A stretch of DNA of 63,785 bases, filler included, from Octopus bimaculoides (lineage: Eukaryota): NCBI RefSeq assembly GCF_001194135.2. It is 4 parts of 3 records of this genome, joined end to end, with 100 filler letters (N's around TTAATTAATTAA, not from the genome) between each part and the next. Parts side by side here need not be neighbours in the genome. Positions count along the whole stretch, not along the records: positions 1 to 27,414 come from NC_068996.1; 3 more parts are not named here. One strand, given 5' to 3'. Shown here piece by piece: positions 1-12,121 of the stretch. The stretch's first letter is position 1. Each line of letters opens with the position of its first letter. Position numbers and translations under genes: made by a program. A model generated the notes under the pieces. The model saw nothing but the letters and a program-made list of their open reading frames with translations, made no database searches and was not told where the DNA came from.

Positions 1-577
1 AATATTAGGGACAAAATCCAAAATTACAGGTAAAAACTCAATTAAAATCAATTTATAAAAAATTAAAATTAAATTGAGCTTTACAGAGTAAAATATATAT
101 ATACGATTAGCTGTATTTTTGAATAAAATCTATTTTCGATCATTTTAATTGATTTTAATCGATTTAAATTACCTTTCTACTCATTTATTGTGCTTTTAAT
201 TATTAATTTTTCTATATGTGACTGTGGATTTTCATCGATGAGTTCATGAACCTTGGTTCTTTTCCCTAAAACTATATATTTATATAGAGACAGTATTGGA
301 TTGACGGTTGTGATGGCAATGGGGTGATGGTAATAGTATGAGCTGTAGTTGTGATAAAGGCGGAGGTGACGGTGATGATTGTAATGATGACTGAAGCAGT
401 CAGGGACAATGGTGATAGTAAGGGATGTGAAATACAGTGGTAATGGTGGTAGATGAGGAAGCGGCAAAGTCAAAGGTATTGATGGTGGTGGCGTCAGAAG
501 TCTGAATGGTGTGTGTATGGCAGTTGTGGTGGCGATGATGGTGGTACTGGCGATGGTGATGGTTGAAAACAATTAGC

Positions 578-630
<53 letters not shown>

Positions 631-829
631 AAGAAAGAAAGAAACACGTTAGACAAGAAAAATTGTACTGACCCCTGAATTGGAAGACGAAGAATATTGT
701 TTCTCATGAAGCTTTGCAATAAGCTCCAAGTCGACAAATTATTTCATTGTTTTCATGAAAGTTGTTCATTGCTTGAAAAATATTGGTCAAGTTTAATAAA
801 ATTTAATATTTACTCAATGCATGAAGTGT

Positions 830-1047
830 CATTGTTGGGCTCAAGGCTCAAGGCCCAATGAAGAGCACTCCACATGAGCTAAGCTTAAAAGCACTGCGTC
901 GATTACGATGACGAGACTTCCAGTTGATTCGATCAACGGAACTGCCTCATCGTGAAATTAACGTGCAAGTGGCTGAGTACTCCACAGACACGCTTACCCT
1001 TGAGTTGGTTCTCGTGGAGATTCAGCGTGAGACAGAATGGGACGAGG
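830..1047 (-). mobile_element. SINE 3' portion (family C), cut by a gap
   Basis: Reverse complement matches 1900-2080 and 60420-60600 (GAGTGCTCAGCCACTTGCACGTTAATTTCACG...TTCCGTTGATCGGATC). Confidence 0.8.
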
Positions 1048-1792
1048 CTAACCTTTTAAATTACAGGNNNNNNNNNNNNNNNNNNNNNNNNNNNNNNNNN
1101 NNNNNNNNNNNNNNNNNNNNNNNNNNNNNNNNNNNNNNNNNNNNNNNNNNNNNNNNNNNNNNNNNNNNNNNNNNNNNNNNNNNNNNNNNNNNNNNNNNNN
1201 NNNNNNNNNNNNNNNNNNNNNNNNNNNNNNNNNNNNNNNNNNNNNNNNNNNNNNNNNNNNNNNNNNNNNNNNNNNNNNNNNNNNNNNNNNNNNNNNNNNN
1301 NNNNNNNNNNNNNNNNNNNNNNNNNNNNNNNNNNNNNNNNNNNNNNNNNNNNNNNNNNNNNNNNNNNNNNNNNNNNNNNNNNNNNNNNNNNNNNNNNNNN
1401 NNNNNNNNNNNNNNNNNNNNNNNNNNNNNNNNNNNNNNNNNNNNNNNNNNNNNNNNNNNNNNNNNNNNNNNNNNNNNNNNNNNNNNNNNNNNNNNNNNNN
1501 NNNNNNNNNNNNNNNNNNNNNNNNNNNNNNNNNNNNNNNNNNNNNNNNNNNNNNNNNNNNNNNNNNNNNNNNNNNNNNNNNNNNNNNNNNNNNNNNNNNN
1601 NNNNNNNNNNNNNNNNNNNNNNNNNNNNNNNNNNNNNNNNNNNNNNNNNNNNNNNNNNNNNNNNNNNNNNNNNNNNNNNNNNNNNNNNNNNNNNNNNNNN
1701 NNNNNNNNNNNNNNNNNNNNNNNNNNNNNNNNNNNNNNNNNNNNNNNNNNNNNNNNNNNNNNNNNNNNNNNNNNNNNNNNNNNNNNNNNNNN

Positions 1793-2092
1793 NGTTGTGA
1801 GTGTTTATTGAGCGAAAACACCTAAAGTTCCACGAGGCTCCGGCAGGGGGTGGTGGTGAACCCTGCTGTACTCTTTCACCACAACTTTCTGTTTCTGCTG
1901 TGCCTGCAATTCAAAGGGTCAGCCTTGTCACACTGTGTCACGCTGAATCTCCCCGAGAACTATGTTAAAGGTACACGTGTCTGTGGAGTGCTCAGCCACT
2001 TGCACGTTAATTTCACGAGCAGGCTGTTCCGTTGATCGGATCGACTGGAACCCTCAACGTCGTAAGCGACGGTGTGCCAACAACAACAACAA
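1793..2092 (+). mobile_element. SINE 3' portion (family C) with (CAA)n tail
   Basis: Shares its body with 60420-60600 and 29450-29520; ends in caacaacaacaac. Confidence 0.8.
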
Positions 2093-2542
2093 CTACGGCA
2101 TGATTCTACAGATAAAATATGACAGACATTTCTGAAGAAACATGCTTAAAATGATGTAGTACGTTAACTTTAATATTTGGCAATGTTTTAGACAAAGAAA
2201 AATTGACAAACCGAATCTTAATTTTCAGTCACAGACAAAATTTCTATGGCTAACTTCAAAAATATTTATTGGTAACAACATAATAATTTAGAAACTGTGA
2301 GAGGGTGCGAAATAATTCCTTTTTGGAACTACTAAACTTTCGAGTAAATAACAGCATGTAAATGTTAGGTTAAAAACCCTTTCAATAGAAAAAAATCGAA
2401 AGCTCTCGATTTTATCTAACCACAGCGTTTCCTAACTTAACTTTTGCATCCTATTATTTATAACTTTATCTACTTCAAGTGCCAGTGTTCCGAAAAACAG
2501 TTATTTTATCTGTTAGTAAGCTTTTGTTAGTTTGTGTCTGGC

Positions 2543-2894
2543 CATTGGTTCTCAATCTTTTTGACTCCGTACAGCATTGGAATCAAGTAAAAGAATAAAA
2601 AGTTGTTGAAAAACCTTTCACATGGAAAGGTTTTTTAAAAATATTTTTTATAAAAGTATTTTTAAATTATGTGGCTCGTCAAGGGATCACAGCTTTTACA
2701 AGCTTTTACAAGCGTTTCTTCATAATATTTGGTAGAATTAAGTTTACCAAATCTATTATTCTCTCATATTCATCTTACATATGCATAACAAATTTGTGAA
2801 TGCCAAGACATTCAAGCATTAATATGGATTTTCTAAAGCTTTTGGTTATATTTAAAAAAATTTGCGTCTCTGCGGTGCACTGTGAGAACCGTTG
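2543..2894. mobile_element. Degenerate hAT-like non-autonomous element
   Basis: Ends CATTGGTTCTCAA and TGAGAACCGTTG resemble CAGTGGTTCTCAA-type hAT TIRs; internal hairpin AAAAACCTTTC-ACATG-GAAAGGTTTTT near 2610-2636; no clear 8-bp TSD. Confidence 0.35.
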
Positions 2895-4661
2895 ATAAAG
2901 ACCTTTTTAATTTGAACGTCTCAGACTAATAAATGATGCAAAAGGTTAAAATTGTCATCTGCATATCATACTAAATGTATATAACCTGTTGAGCGATACG
3001 ATACGCTTTTTTTTTTGTATTTTGTCTGAGAGAAAATCTCTTCATGGATATGTTGCGTTAAAAATATTGTATATATTAGATAAGTGTGAACATTATCGCA
3101 GCAGTAACTCCCGTGGAAAAGTCCACCGAGATTTTTGAAATATCAATGAATGTATTACTTAAGTTTCCTATAAATCGAAGCACGAATTTTTTCTTAAGAA
3201 ATGGTAAACGGATGCACGGCATTGACAAGCCTCAACAAAGGCCAAATTTGTCTATCGTTTTTGTAATTCCCTTTTGCGATGATGTTAGACTCGCTCTGAT
3301 AAATACTGTGATTTTAATTCAACATGTCTATGAAGAGTTTTTCTCAGATAAAACCACGACCTCTTGCCTTTCGACGCTGTATACACAATGAGTATGATAC
3401 ACAGACGTCGATTTTAATTTCATGCTGTTTCATTTCTGTTCACCAAACAAAAGTGGTTATTTACCTCTGGATAAGATATGATAAAGATTATAATCCTTCC
3501 TACTAAAGCCACATGACCTGAAGTTCTGGGAGAGGGGGACCAATGATGTTTGAATTGAGGTGGTCTCGTCGGAGTTTTTCAGTCACATTGTATCTAAGAT
3601 TAGAGTACCCAATGTGTACTATATTCTAAAGATAGTCGGGTGTATTTTAGAGATTGAACTTCTCTTTCTAACGAGATGAGTAATTGATTCAAAGCGCCAA
3701 TGTTAATTCGTGAAACTATAAAAGGCAAAAGTAGAATTTCAGACCAAAATTGCTAATTTCCTTTAGTGCTACAAGGTGTTATGTAATCAGTGTTTAAATT
3801 ACTACATAAATTATGTTTAACCTCTGCTTAATTTTTGAACAGTAATGTTAAGATAATTTAAGTTGGTTGTTGCCTCTCACTTTCAATGCTTTGTTTTATA
3901 GTGTGACTCAATAAACTCAGTTTCTTTCACAAGAACTAACCCGAAAGAACTAGTAACAACTGCTACCAGGAATACGACACAAACGCATCCAAAGAATCAA
4001 ATATATAGCAAGGATTTTATTCAACTTATTCCAACCACTTGAAGTTTTTCAAAAGATTCATCTGATTATTTTTAAAACGATTGGCTAAAATGACACAATT
4101 TTAAATGCTTGTAACTTCTTTATGCTTAATCTCTAGAAAAAAAAAGATGTATCTGATTTTCTTCATCAGTATGCAAAACTACACTAGAGCTATCAATATT
4201 TTTGAAAATAATCAGAGGAAAATTTTTAAAACTTCAAGTGGCTGGAAGAAATTTATCAAGACTAGCAGGACTCGTGAATATTTCACGGAATTAATAGTAG
4301 GCCTATTAAGTTACTTCTGAAAACGTTATCCAAAAAAACCTGAAAGTGTAGCCTGTGTTGTGTCTGTATGAAAAGATAGTGGCTCATCTGCTACTCATTG
4401 AAAAGTGAAAGAAATTGGAATACGATGATTACTTAATGTACCGTATATATACACTTTATTATACTTTATGCACAATTTTATAGACTTAATACACAGCAAT
4501 CATAAAATGAATATTTTCTCTTATTTTTCCATTTCTCTCATAAACAACAACAAAAATATCCCGTACATATGATACAATCTTTACTTAAATTGCATATATC
4601 TGCCATGTAAATAAGCGTGAATATTTCACGAGGTGATACAAAAAAAAACTTAGTTCAGTTT

Positions 4662-6497
4662 TTAAAAAAATACACTTTCCGCTATCCTTTTATTAAAGGT
4701 AAGTCCATACTTCTTCGCAACAGTAAGGAAATTTTCTAAATTCTTGTCATGTTCTGTGCGATTGGTACCACGGACGGTAATATTATCTATGTACGCATAG
4801 GTTCCTTTGAGCTTTTCTTCTTTAATGATTGAATCCATTACACTTTGAAAACATGCAACTCCACTGGTTACTCCAAAGGGTATACGACAAAACTGGTATA
4901 ACTGGCCACGAGCTTCGAATGCCGTATACATTTTCTCATGTTCTTTGATTGGGATTTGATGGTACGCACTTTGAAGATCAAGAGTGCTGTAGATTGTATG
5001 TGTTGCAATATCTTCAACCAACTTCCCAATTTTCGGCAGAGGATAGGCGTCAAGGTAAATGTATCTGTTGATGGTCTGACTGTAATCTATGACGAGTCTC
5101 TTTTTATGACGCTCGTTAGTGGTCACGAGAACTTGGGCTCGCCATGATGAATTTGAGGGCTCTATGATGACATCTTCCAAAAGCTTTTGAATTTCTTGAC
5201 TTATAAATTGTTCATCCATCTTTGTATAACGACGAGACTTAGTTGCAATTGGTTTACAGTCTGTTGCAAGGGTTGAGAACAAGGGCGGTGCTTCTATACT
5301 TACAGGAGTGAGGCCACAGAGTGACAAAAGGGGTCTTTCACCTGGAAATGAGATATGAACTCCTTCGTGTTGCTTGAAAAAATCATGGCCCAACAAGACA
5401 TCCGCACACAGGTCCGATAATAGTGACAGGTGCACACTGCTATAATGTTTTCCTCCCAAGTTCATCGTAACCTTGCGATGACCTTCCGTAGATTTTGACA
5501 GATTAGTTGCAGCCACGTTTATTACTTTCGTCGATACGAAAACCGACCACTTGTTATGATGAACGACATTTGAGTTGATATAGCTCTCAGAACTTCCGGT
5601 ATCAATTAGAGCTGAAAGTGTTACTCTGTTGACATCTTTTTTGATGACAGTATTAGTCAGATACTGTGGAGCAGAAACGGATAATAGAGACGAAAGCTGA
5701 AGTGCAGAGGAGGTAGTTGTGAGATTCTGTCCAGAACGCAGTGAAGAAATAACATATTTGTTTTTTGACTGGCATACTTTGAAGAAATGACCCTTCTTGT
5801 TACAGTTTTTACATGTAGCCTCCTTAGCAGGACACTTGTAGCGAGGATGACGGTTATTCCCGCAAAAATAGCATTTACTGTTACCGTTCGTGGCGGCTAC
5901 CATAGTTTCGCCCACATCCGTGGTTAGATTATCCGTTGCTGCACAATTGTAGGCTGATTGAGGTGATAATTGGTAAGATTTTGAGTAGGTACAGGCCATT
6001 TCAAGTGATCTGGCTTCATCATAAGCTGTTTGAAGATCAAGTATTTTCTATTCGAGAAGCCTTTGTCGAACATCATTAAACTGCAATCCGGTGATGAAAG
6101 CGTCTCGGATAGATTCGTTTCTATACTTCTCAGCGGAAACTGATTGAAAATTACAATCCTTCGCTAATGATTTGAGTCTTTGCAAAAATTCATCGAGACT
6201 TTGGCCGCATTCTTGTTTATGTGTAGCCAGTAGATGTCTTGCAAAAATTTCATTCCTCGGTTTCACGTAGAAATTCTGTAATATTTGTATGGCAACATCA
6301 TATGAAGAGCAATCAGCTACATATTCGTGCACAGATGGAGCAATGTAGTTGATAAGTGTATTCAGTTTATCTGGTTGATGCTGTTCTAAAGTATTAATAA
6401 AGTTGCTGAAGGTCCTGTGCCAGAGATTCCATTGTTTGGCTGCATTTGTCGAATTAGGATCTGCGTCAAATCGTTTTGGACGTAGAAATCGATCCAT
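4662..6497 (-). pseudogene. Ty3/Gypsy gag-pol (capsid, two CCHC knuckles, aspartic protease, RT), one in-frame TAG, 3'-truncated inside RT
   Basis: ORFs 6497-6048 and 5999-4662 share a frame, with 16 sense codons between the TAG and the second ORF. Motifs: CYFCGNNRHPRYKC and CKNCNKKGHFFKVC, LIDTGS, KRLVIDY, LDLQSAYHQI, RIPFGV, YIDN. Homology ends at GLTFNK (~4685); no RNase H or integrase. Confidence 0.93.
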
Positions 6498-6524
6498 GTT
6501 TGAAAGAAGTTGAATAAATTGAAA

Positions 6525-6686
6525 TGTAAATACCAGAGTACAGAACGGACAATTTCAGACTGACGAGCGTTTGCAAGGAGAACAGAATTGCCGTATTGGA
6601 AATAAGGCTTTATTCAACTTCTTTGACAGATACGGTAGACAAATAATAATTTTCGCTAGCGAGTTGAAAATGAGTTGACGACAACA
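6525..6686 (-). mobile_element. Putative short 5' LTR of the Gypsy element (TGTTG...TACA)
   Basis: Minus strand begins TGTTGT and ends TTTACA 27 nt before the gag ATG; contains AATAAA. There is no second LTR, so the boundaries are unconfirmed. Confidence 0.45.
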
Positions 6687-7579
6687 TGATGCAGTTTGGT
6701 AATGAAAAGCTAGCCAAAATAGTTACGTATAAAAAACACATACATGAGCAGCATGTATATTTTCGTATAAACATGTATACACAAACAACATAAACATGCA
6801 TACACACAGTTCATCGCATTCTCACCCCCACCCCACCACTAGTATTTCTCTCTCTGCCTTTCTTTAACCTCACTTTCAGAACATCACCCCTCGGCTAAAA
6901 TTATATAACACTTCTCCTCTATCTCTAACTTTTTAACCATGTAATAAATATGACGTTCACCCTGCCTCACGTCATGAACGCTTCTCTCTCCCTCTTTTTC
7001 TTTCTTCCTCTTTTTCTTTCTCCTTCTTTCTGTCTCACTCTTCGTCTTATCCTCTTTTTCTCTTTCCCTTTTCTCTCTCCCCTCTTTCCATTTAACTAAT
7101 CACGTGAAAGCGTTACAATTAAATTCCCTCTACCTTATGTCAAAGACACTTCTCTCTCCCTCTTTCTCTCTCTCTCTCTCTCTCTTTTCTTTCTCTTTCT
7201 CTTCCTCTAATCACGTGGAAGTGTTATCGACAGGCTAAGCAACGGAATAACAAGCAAAATTATTACAAGATCCTATAATAAATAGAAGCCATATTTCATA
7301 AGAAAGGTTTGCGAATAATTAAAAACTGGAGTTTTGGGATTTAGCCAGTAAATTCCATTTAATCGTATGATGCTTTCCTTTCATGTTTTTTTAGTTTTGA
7401 TTCTTTGTTTGTTTGTTTACTTTTTTTTACAGTATTTCACTGTCTTGCCATGTGTATTAATATTTGAAGCTATATTTTTCAGCTATATTTCAAGCTATAT
7501 ATTTACATCAAACGGATTTGTCTCTCTTCCCTCTTTCGATATTCATTCAGAAGCCAAAGAAGAAAGGTTTTATTTCGCT

Positions 7580-7790
7580 CTATTTCCTTTATCTAATGGC
7601 AAAATTCTTTGGTCTTTGACGGTGCTGTATACACTTTTAGCTTATCTTCCTTTATGTAATGTCAAAATTCTTTGGATTTTTCCTCGACGATGATGAATTG
7701 ACTTTCAGCTCATCTTCCTTTATCTAATGGCAAAATTGTTTGGTATTTGCTCGACGGTGCTGAATTGACTTTTAGCTTAACTCGAATTAA
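7580..7790. repeat. Three imperfect tandem copies of a ~65-70-bp unit
   Basis: TTCCTTTAT(C/G)TAATG(G/T)CAAAATT(C/G)TTTGG...GACG(G/A)TG(C/A)TG...TT(T/C)AGCT recurs three times. Confidence 0.75.
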
Positions 7791-8399
7791 ATAACACGTT
7801 ACTTGAATAAGAAGTCTTTTGACAATATCTGTTTCCTCACAGTTCAAAAGCATGGGTGGCAATTCAGCACGTGGTCTATCTGGCAATTTACACTTTAGCT
7901 TGCGGTCTGACTCTAACCCTAATCCTATACCCTAACCAAGCCCTAACGCAAGTCAGGCCATTTCACGTTAGAGTAGCACCAAACCATGAATTTTAACTTC
8001 TTTTCCTTTTACTTCTCTACTGTGATTCTGCTCGCATTGGTGTCGTGCCCAAATGAATCGTTAATTCATAGACAATCAATTAACGTCATTTACTCCAACA
8101 TTGAACAATTCTCATTTGGGTACTCTTAATTCAAGTCATGCTCTAACAAGCAAAACACAAAATTGCTTTGTCTCTTTTCCACAGGTCAATTTTAATAACA
8201 CTTTCTATAACATGAATTATTCAAGTGTCTTTGCAAAGCAAGAAAATTATACATCCTCATATTACGTTATATACACTTAATGTTTTTATATGCCTTCTTT
8301 AGTGCTTTAGTATTTGTACCATTTATTTTGTGAAGTTTCGTTGATGACATTTAATAAACCATTGCATGCTTGAAAGCTTGGGGAAGGGAAATGGCAGGA

Positions 8400-8830
8400 G
8401 CAGTAGCGAAATATCTTCATGTAATACAACACAGACATTTAAATGGATGGGGTTTTTCAAAAGATGTGGCAGTATTTGTCAGCACAATCTTTTGGATTTC
8501 TCTAAGACATGGTTCTCCTGCGATGTTGTCTTGATGTTTCTGACAGCCCTTTCTTATCATACCAAAGGCATTCACAATAATAGAAACAGTTCCCGCTTTA
8601 AGATGCCACATCTTTTGTATTTCAATTTCCAGGTCCTTATATTTATTTAATTTGTCAAATTCTTTTAAAGATATATGTTTATCAGTGGAAATAATTACAT
8701 CTATTAGTCTACAAGTATTTTCTTCCCTGTCTTTAATGAATATGCCTGGTTGATTAGCCCGAATCATTCTGTCGGTGTTGACTGAAAAATCCCAGGAGAT
8801 AGTGACATCCCAGGAGATAGTAAACGTAAA
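8400..8830 (-). mobile_element. Non-LTR retrotransposon C-terminal fragment with restriction-like endonuclease (R4/Dong-type)
   Basis: IRANQPGIFIKD...CRLIDV...KLNKYKDLEIEIQKMWHLK...IIVNAFG...EIQKIVL matches the PD..D..KxxKY RLE signature (first PD decayed). Confidence 0.8.
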
Positions 8831-10643
8831 GCAAATCACAGGAAACAAATGTATGAATTAATGTAGATTTACCTTGCATTCATTATTTCAGGATTATGAC
8901 AACATTATTTTCAAGAAATTAACAACATTTGTTAATTTCTTGAAAATGGGGTCATAACCCCGAAATATTGAATGCAAAGTAAGTTTAGATTAATTTATAC
9001 ATTTGCTTCTTGTGATTTGCTTTGTATTTACTTTGCATTGTTCTGGCCTTACCTACGATCCTTTATATATATATATATATATATATNNNNNNNNNNNNNN
9101 NNNNNNNNNNNNNNNNNNNNNNNNNNNNNNNNNNNNNNNNNNNNNNNNNNNNNNNNNNNNNNNNNNNNNNNNNNNNNNNNNNNNNNNNNNNNNNNNNNNN
9201 NNNNNNNNNNNNNNNNNNNNNNNNNNNNNNNNNNNNNNNNNNNNNNNNNNNNNNNNNNNNNNNNNNNNNNNNNNNNNNNNNNNNNNNNNNNNNNNNNNNN
9301 NNNNNNNNNNNNNNNNNNNNNNNNNNNNNNNNNNNNNNNNNNNNNNNNNNNNNNNNNNNNNNNNNNNNNNNNNNNNNNNNNNNNNNNNNNNNNNNNNNNN
9401 NNNNNNNNNNNNNNNNNNNNNNNNNNNNNNNNNNNNNNNNNNNNNNNNNNNNNNNNNNNNNNNNNNNNNNNNNNNNNNNNNNNNNNNNNNNNNNNNNNNN
9501 NNNNNNNNNNNNNNNNNNNNNNNNNNNNNNNNNNNNNNNNNNNNNNNNNNNNNNNNNNNNNNNNNNNNNNNNNNNNNNNNNNNNNNNNNNNNNNNNNNNN
9601 NNNNNNNNNNNNNNNNNNNNNNNNNNNNNNNNNNNNNNNNNNNNNNNNNNNNNNNNNNNNNNNNNNNNNNNATATATATATATATATATAGGCTTCTGCT
9701 AGACACTGTTGACATGGATCTGTATATGTATGAATGGGTCTCATCTGATGCCAGTTTCTCTCTCCTTCTTCTGAAACCAATGTTAATTCAAGAAAAAAGC
9801 CACGAAAATGGAGCTGATGCAACTCAACACATAAATCGTTAACGCTTCACATGTTGCTGTTAGACCACGAAACGATAGAAATGATTCAGAAAGGCATCGT
9901 TCATAACTTTGTAACTGTTCTGACAATCCTTCACTTTGGATCCATACAGTTTTTATATAGACCTTGGAAGTCTAAAAATGCAAAGTTAACCTTAGCAGGT
10001 TTTGAAGTCAAACCAAAGAGAGTTGGAGCAAGTAAGGGCATTTTATCCAACGACTATCAGTTTAGCACCTTACACACACACACACACATGCATGCACATA
10101 GAGTTATTTACAAATGCATGCAAAAAGAAAGTGAAGTAGAAGTCTTCAATGTTTATATGCTGTGACTTTCATTTGGTTTTATTGACAAGGGAGATAAATA
10201 CATGGTCAACTGACAAAGGATTGCAAATGATAACAATAATAATAACAATAATAATTTTTTTTAATAATAGTAATAATAACCAAAATAATAATGATAATAA
10301 TAATAATAATGAAAATAACAATGTATTGATAACAATTATAGTTGTACATTCGGTGGGTTCTTTTATATAAATTTGTGTGTGTATATAAGTATATTACATG
10401 TATGTGTGCATCTATGTATGTTTGGATGTTTGTGTATGTGTGTCTGCGTGTGTGTGGTGGGGGTGATACATGCACATATGTGTGTGTGTGTGTGTGAGTT
10501 TACACATACAGGGAAATAATGTGTATCATAACAACTGGGAAACAAACATTTACAAATTCTAGCTGAATGAGAAAAACATCTTGTTAGATCACTCACTCTC
10601 ATCATTTTCTCTCTTTTTATGTGTGTGTGTGTGTGTGTGTGTA

Positions 10644-10727
<84 letters not shown>

Positions 10728-10866
10728 TAGATAGATACATAGATAGATAGATAGATACATATATATATATTTGTGTGTGTAAACATTCAACTATAGATAT
10801 ATGTATACATAAATACAACACACATAAGTTGTATAGGATATATATACACACACACACACACATAAA

Positions 10867-10910
<44 letters not shown>

Positions 10911-11283
10911 GAGGCAGATATATATATATATATATACATACACATAAATACATACATACACACACATATAACTGTACATATACATGATGTGTATATTCTA
11001 TAACATTTTTTACCTATTTATTTAAAAAAATTTAATCAGGTAGCTAGAATTGTTGTAACATCATGTGCAGAAAACAGGGAACTGCAACAATATCAACAGA
11101 AAGTAAAATGGTAAATTAACATATAATTCTTCAGTGGAACAACAAGAGTTAAAGGAAGAACAACAACAACAACAGTTGAAGGAATTATAATTAAAGATTC
11201 ATAAAATATAGTAAAATATTTTCTGTTCTACCTCTAAAATTTTGAAAATTTGATAAAATAATATATAGAACTACATATATACA

Positions 11284-11330
<47 letters not shown>

Positions 11331-12056
11331 NNNNNNNNNNNNNNNNNNNNNNNNNNNNNNNNNNNNNNNNNNNNNNNNNNNNNNNNNNNNNNNNNNNNNN
11401 NNNNNNNNNNNNNNNNNNNNNNNNNNNNNNNNNNNNNNNNNNNNNNNNNNNNNNNNNNNNNNNNNNNNNNNNNNNNNNNNNNNNNNNNNNNNNNNNNNNN
11501 NNNNNNNNNNNNNNNNNNNNNNNNNNNNNNNNNNNNNNNNNNNNNNNNNNNNNNNNNNNNNNNNNNNNNNNNNNNNNNNNNNNNNNNNNNNNNNNNNNNN
11601 NNNNNNNNNNNNNNNNNNNNNNNNNNNNNNNNNNNNNNNNNNNNNNNNNNNNNNNNNNNNNNNNNNNNNNNNNNNNNNNNNNNNNNNNNNNNNNNNNNNN
11701 NNNNNNNNNNNNNNNNNNNNNNNNNNNNNNNNNNNNNNNNNNNNNNNNNNNNNNNNNNNNNNNNNNNNNNNNNNNNNNNNNNNNNNNNNNNNNNNNNNNN
11801 NNNNNNNNNNNNNNNNNNNNNNNNNNNNNNNNNNNNNNNNNNNNNNNNNNNNNNNNNNNNNNNNNNNNNNNNNNNNNNNNNNNNNNNNNNNNNNNNNNNN
11901 NNNNNNNNNNNNNNNNNNNNNNNNNNNNNNNNNNNNNNNNNNNNNNNNNNNNNNNNNNNNNNNNNNNNNNNNNNNNNNNNNNNNNNNNNNNNNNNNNNNN
12001 NNNNNNNNNNNNNNNNNNNNNNNNNNNNNNNNNNNNNNNNNNNNNNNNNNNNNNNN

Positions 12057-12121
<65 letters not shown>

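Noticed and set aside
177-572. 131-aa Thr/Ile/Pro/His-rich ORF
   Set aside because: It derives from degenerate (GAT/GGT)n repeats next to (GA)n; low complexity only.
3086-3506. ORFs possibly from a decayed hAT transposase
   Set aside because: Only a vague resemblance in a stop-riddled minus frame, with no catalytic or dimerisation motif.
6048-6050. Programmed gag-pol stop-codon readthrough
   Set aside because: The stop lies within gag, before the zinc knuckles, rather than at the gag/protease boundary; a nonsense mutation is the simpler explanation.
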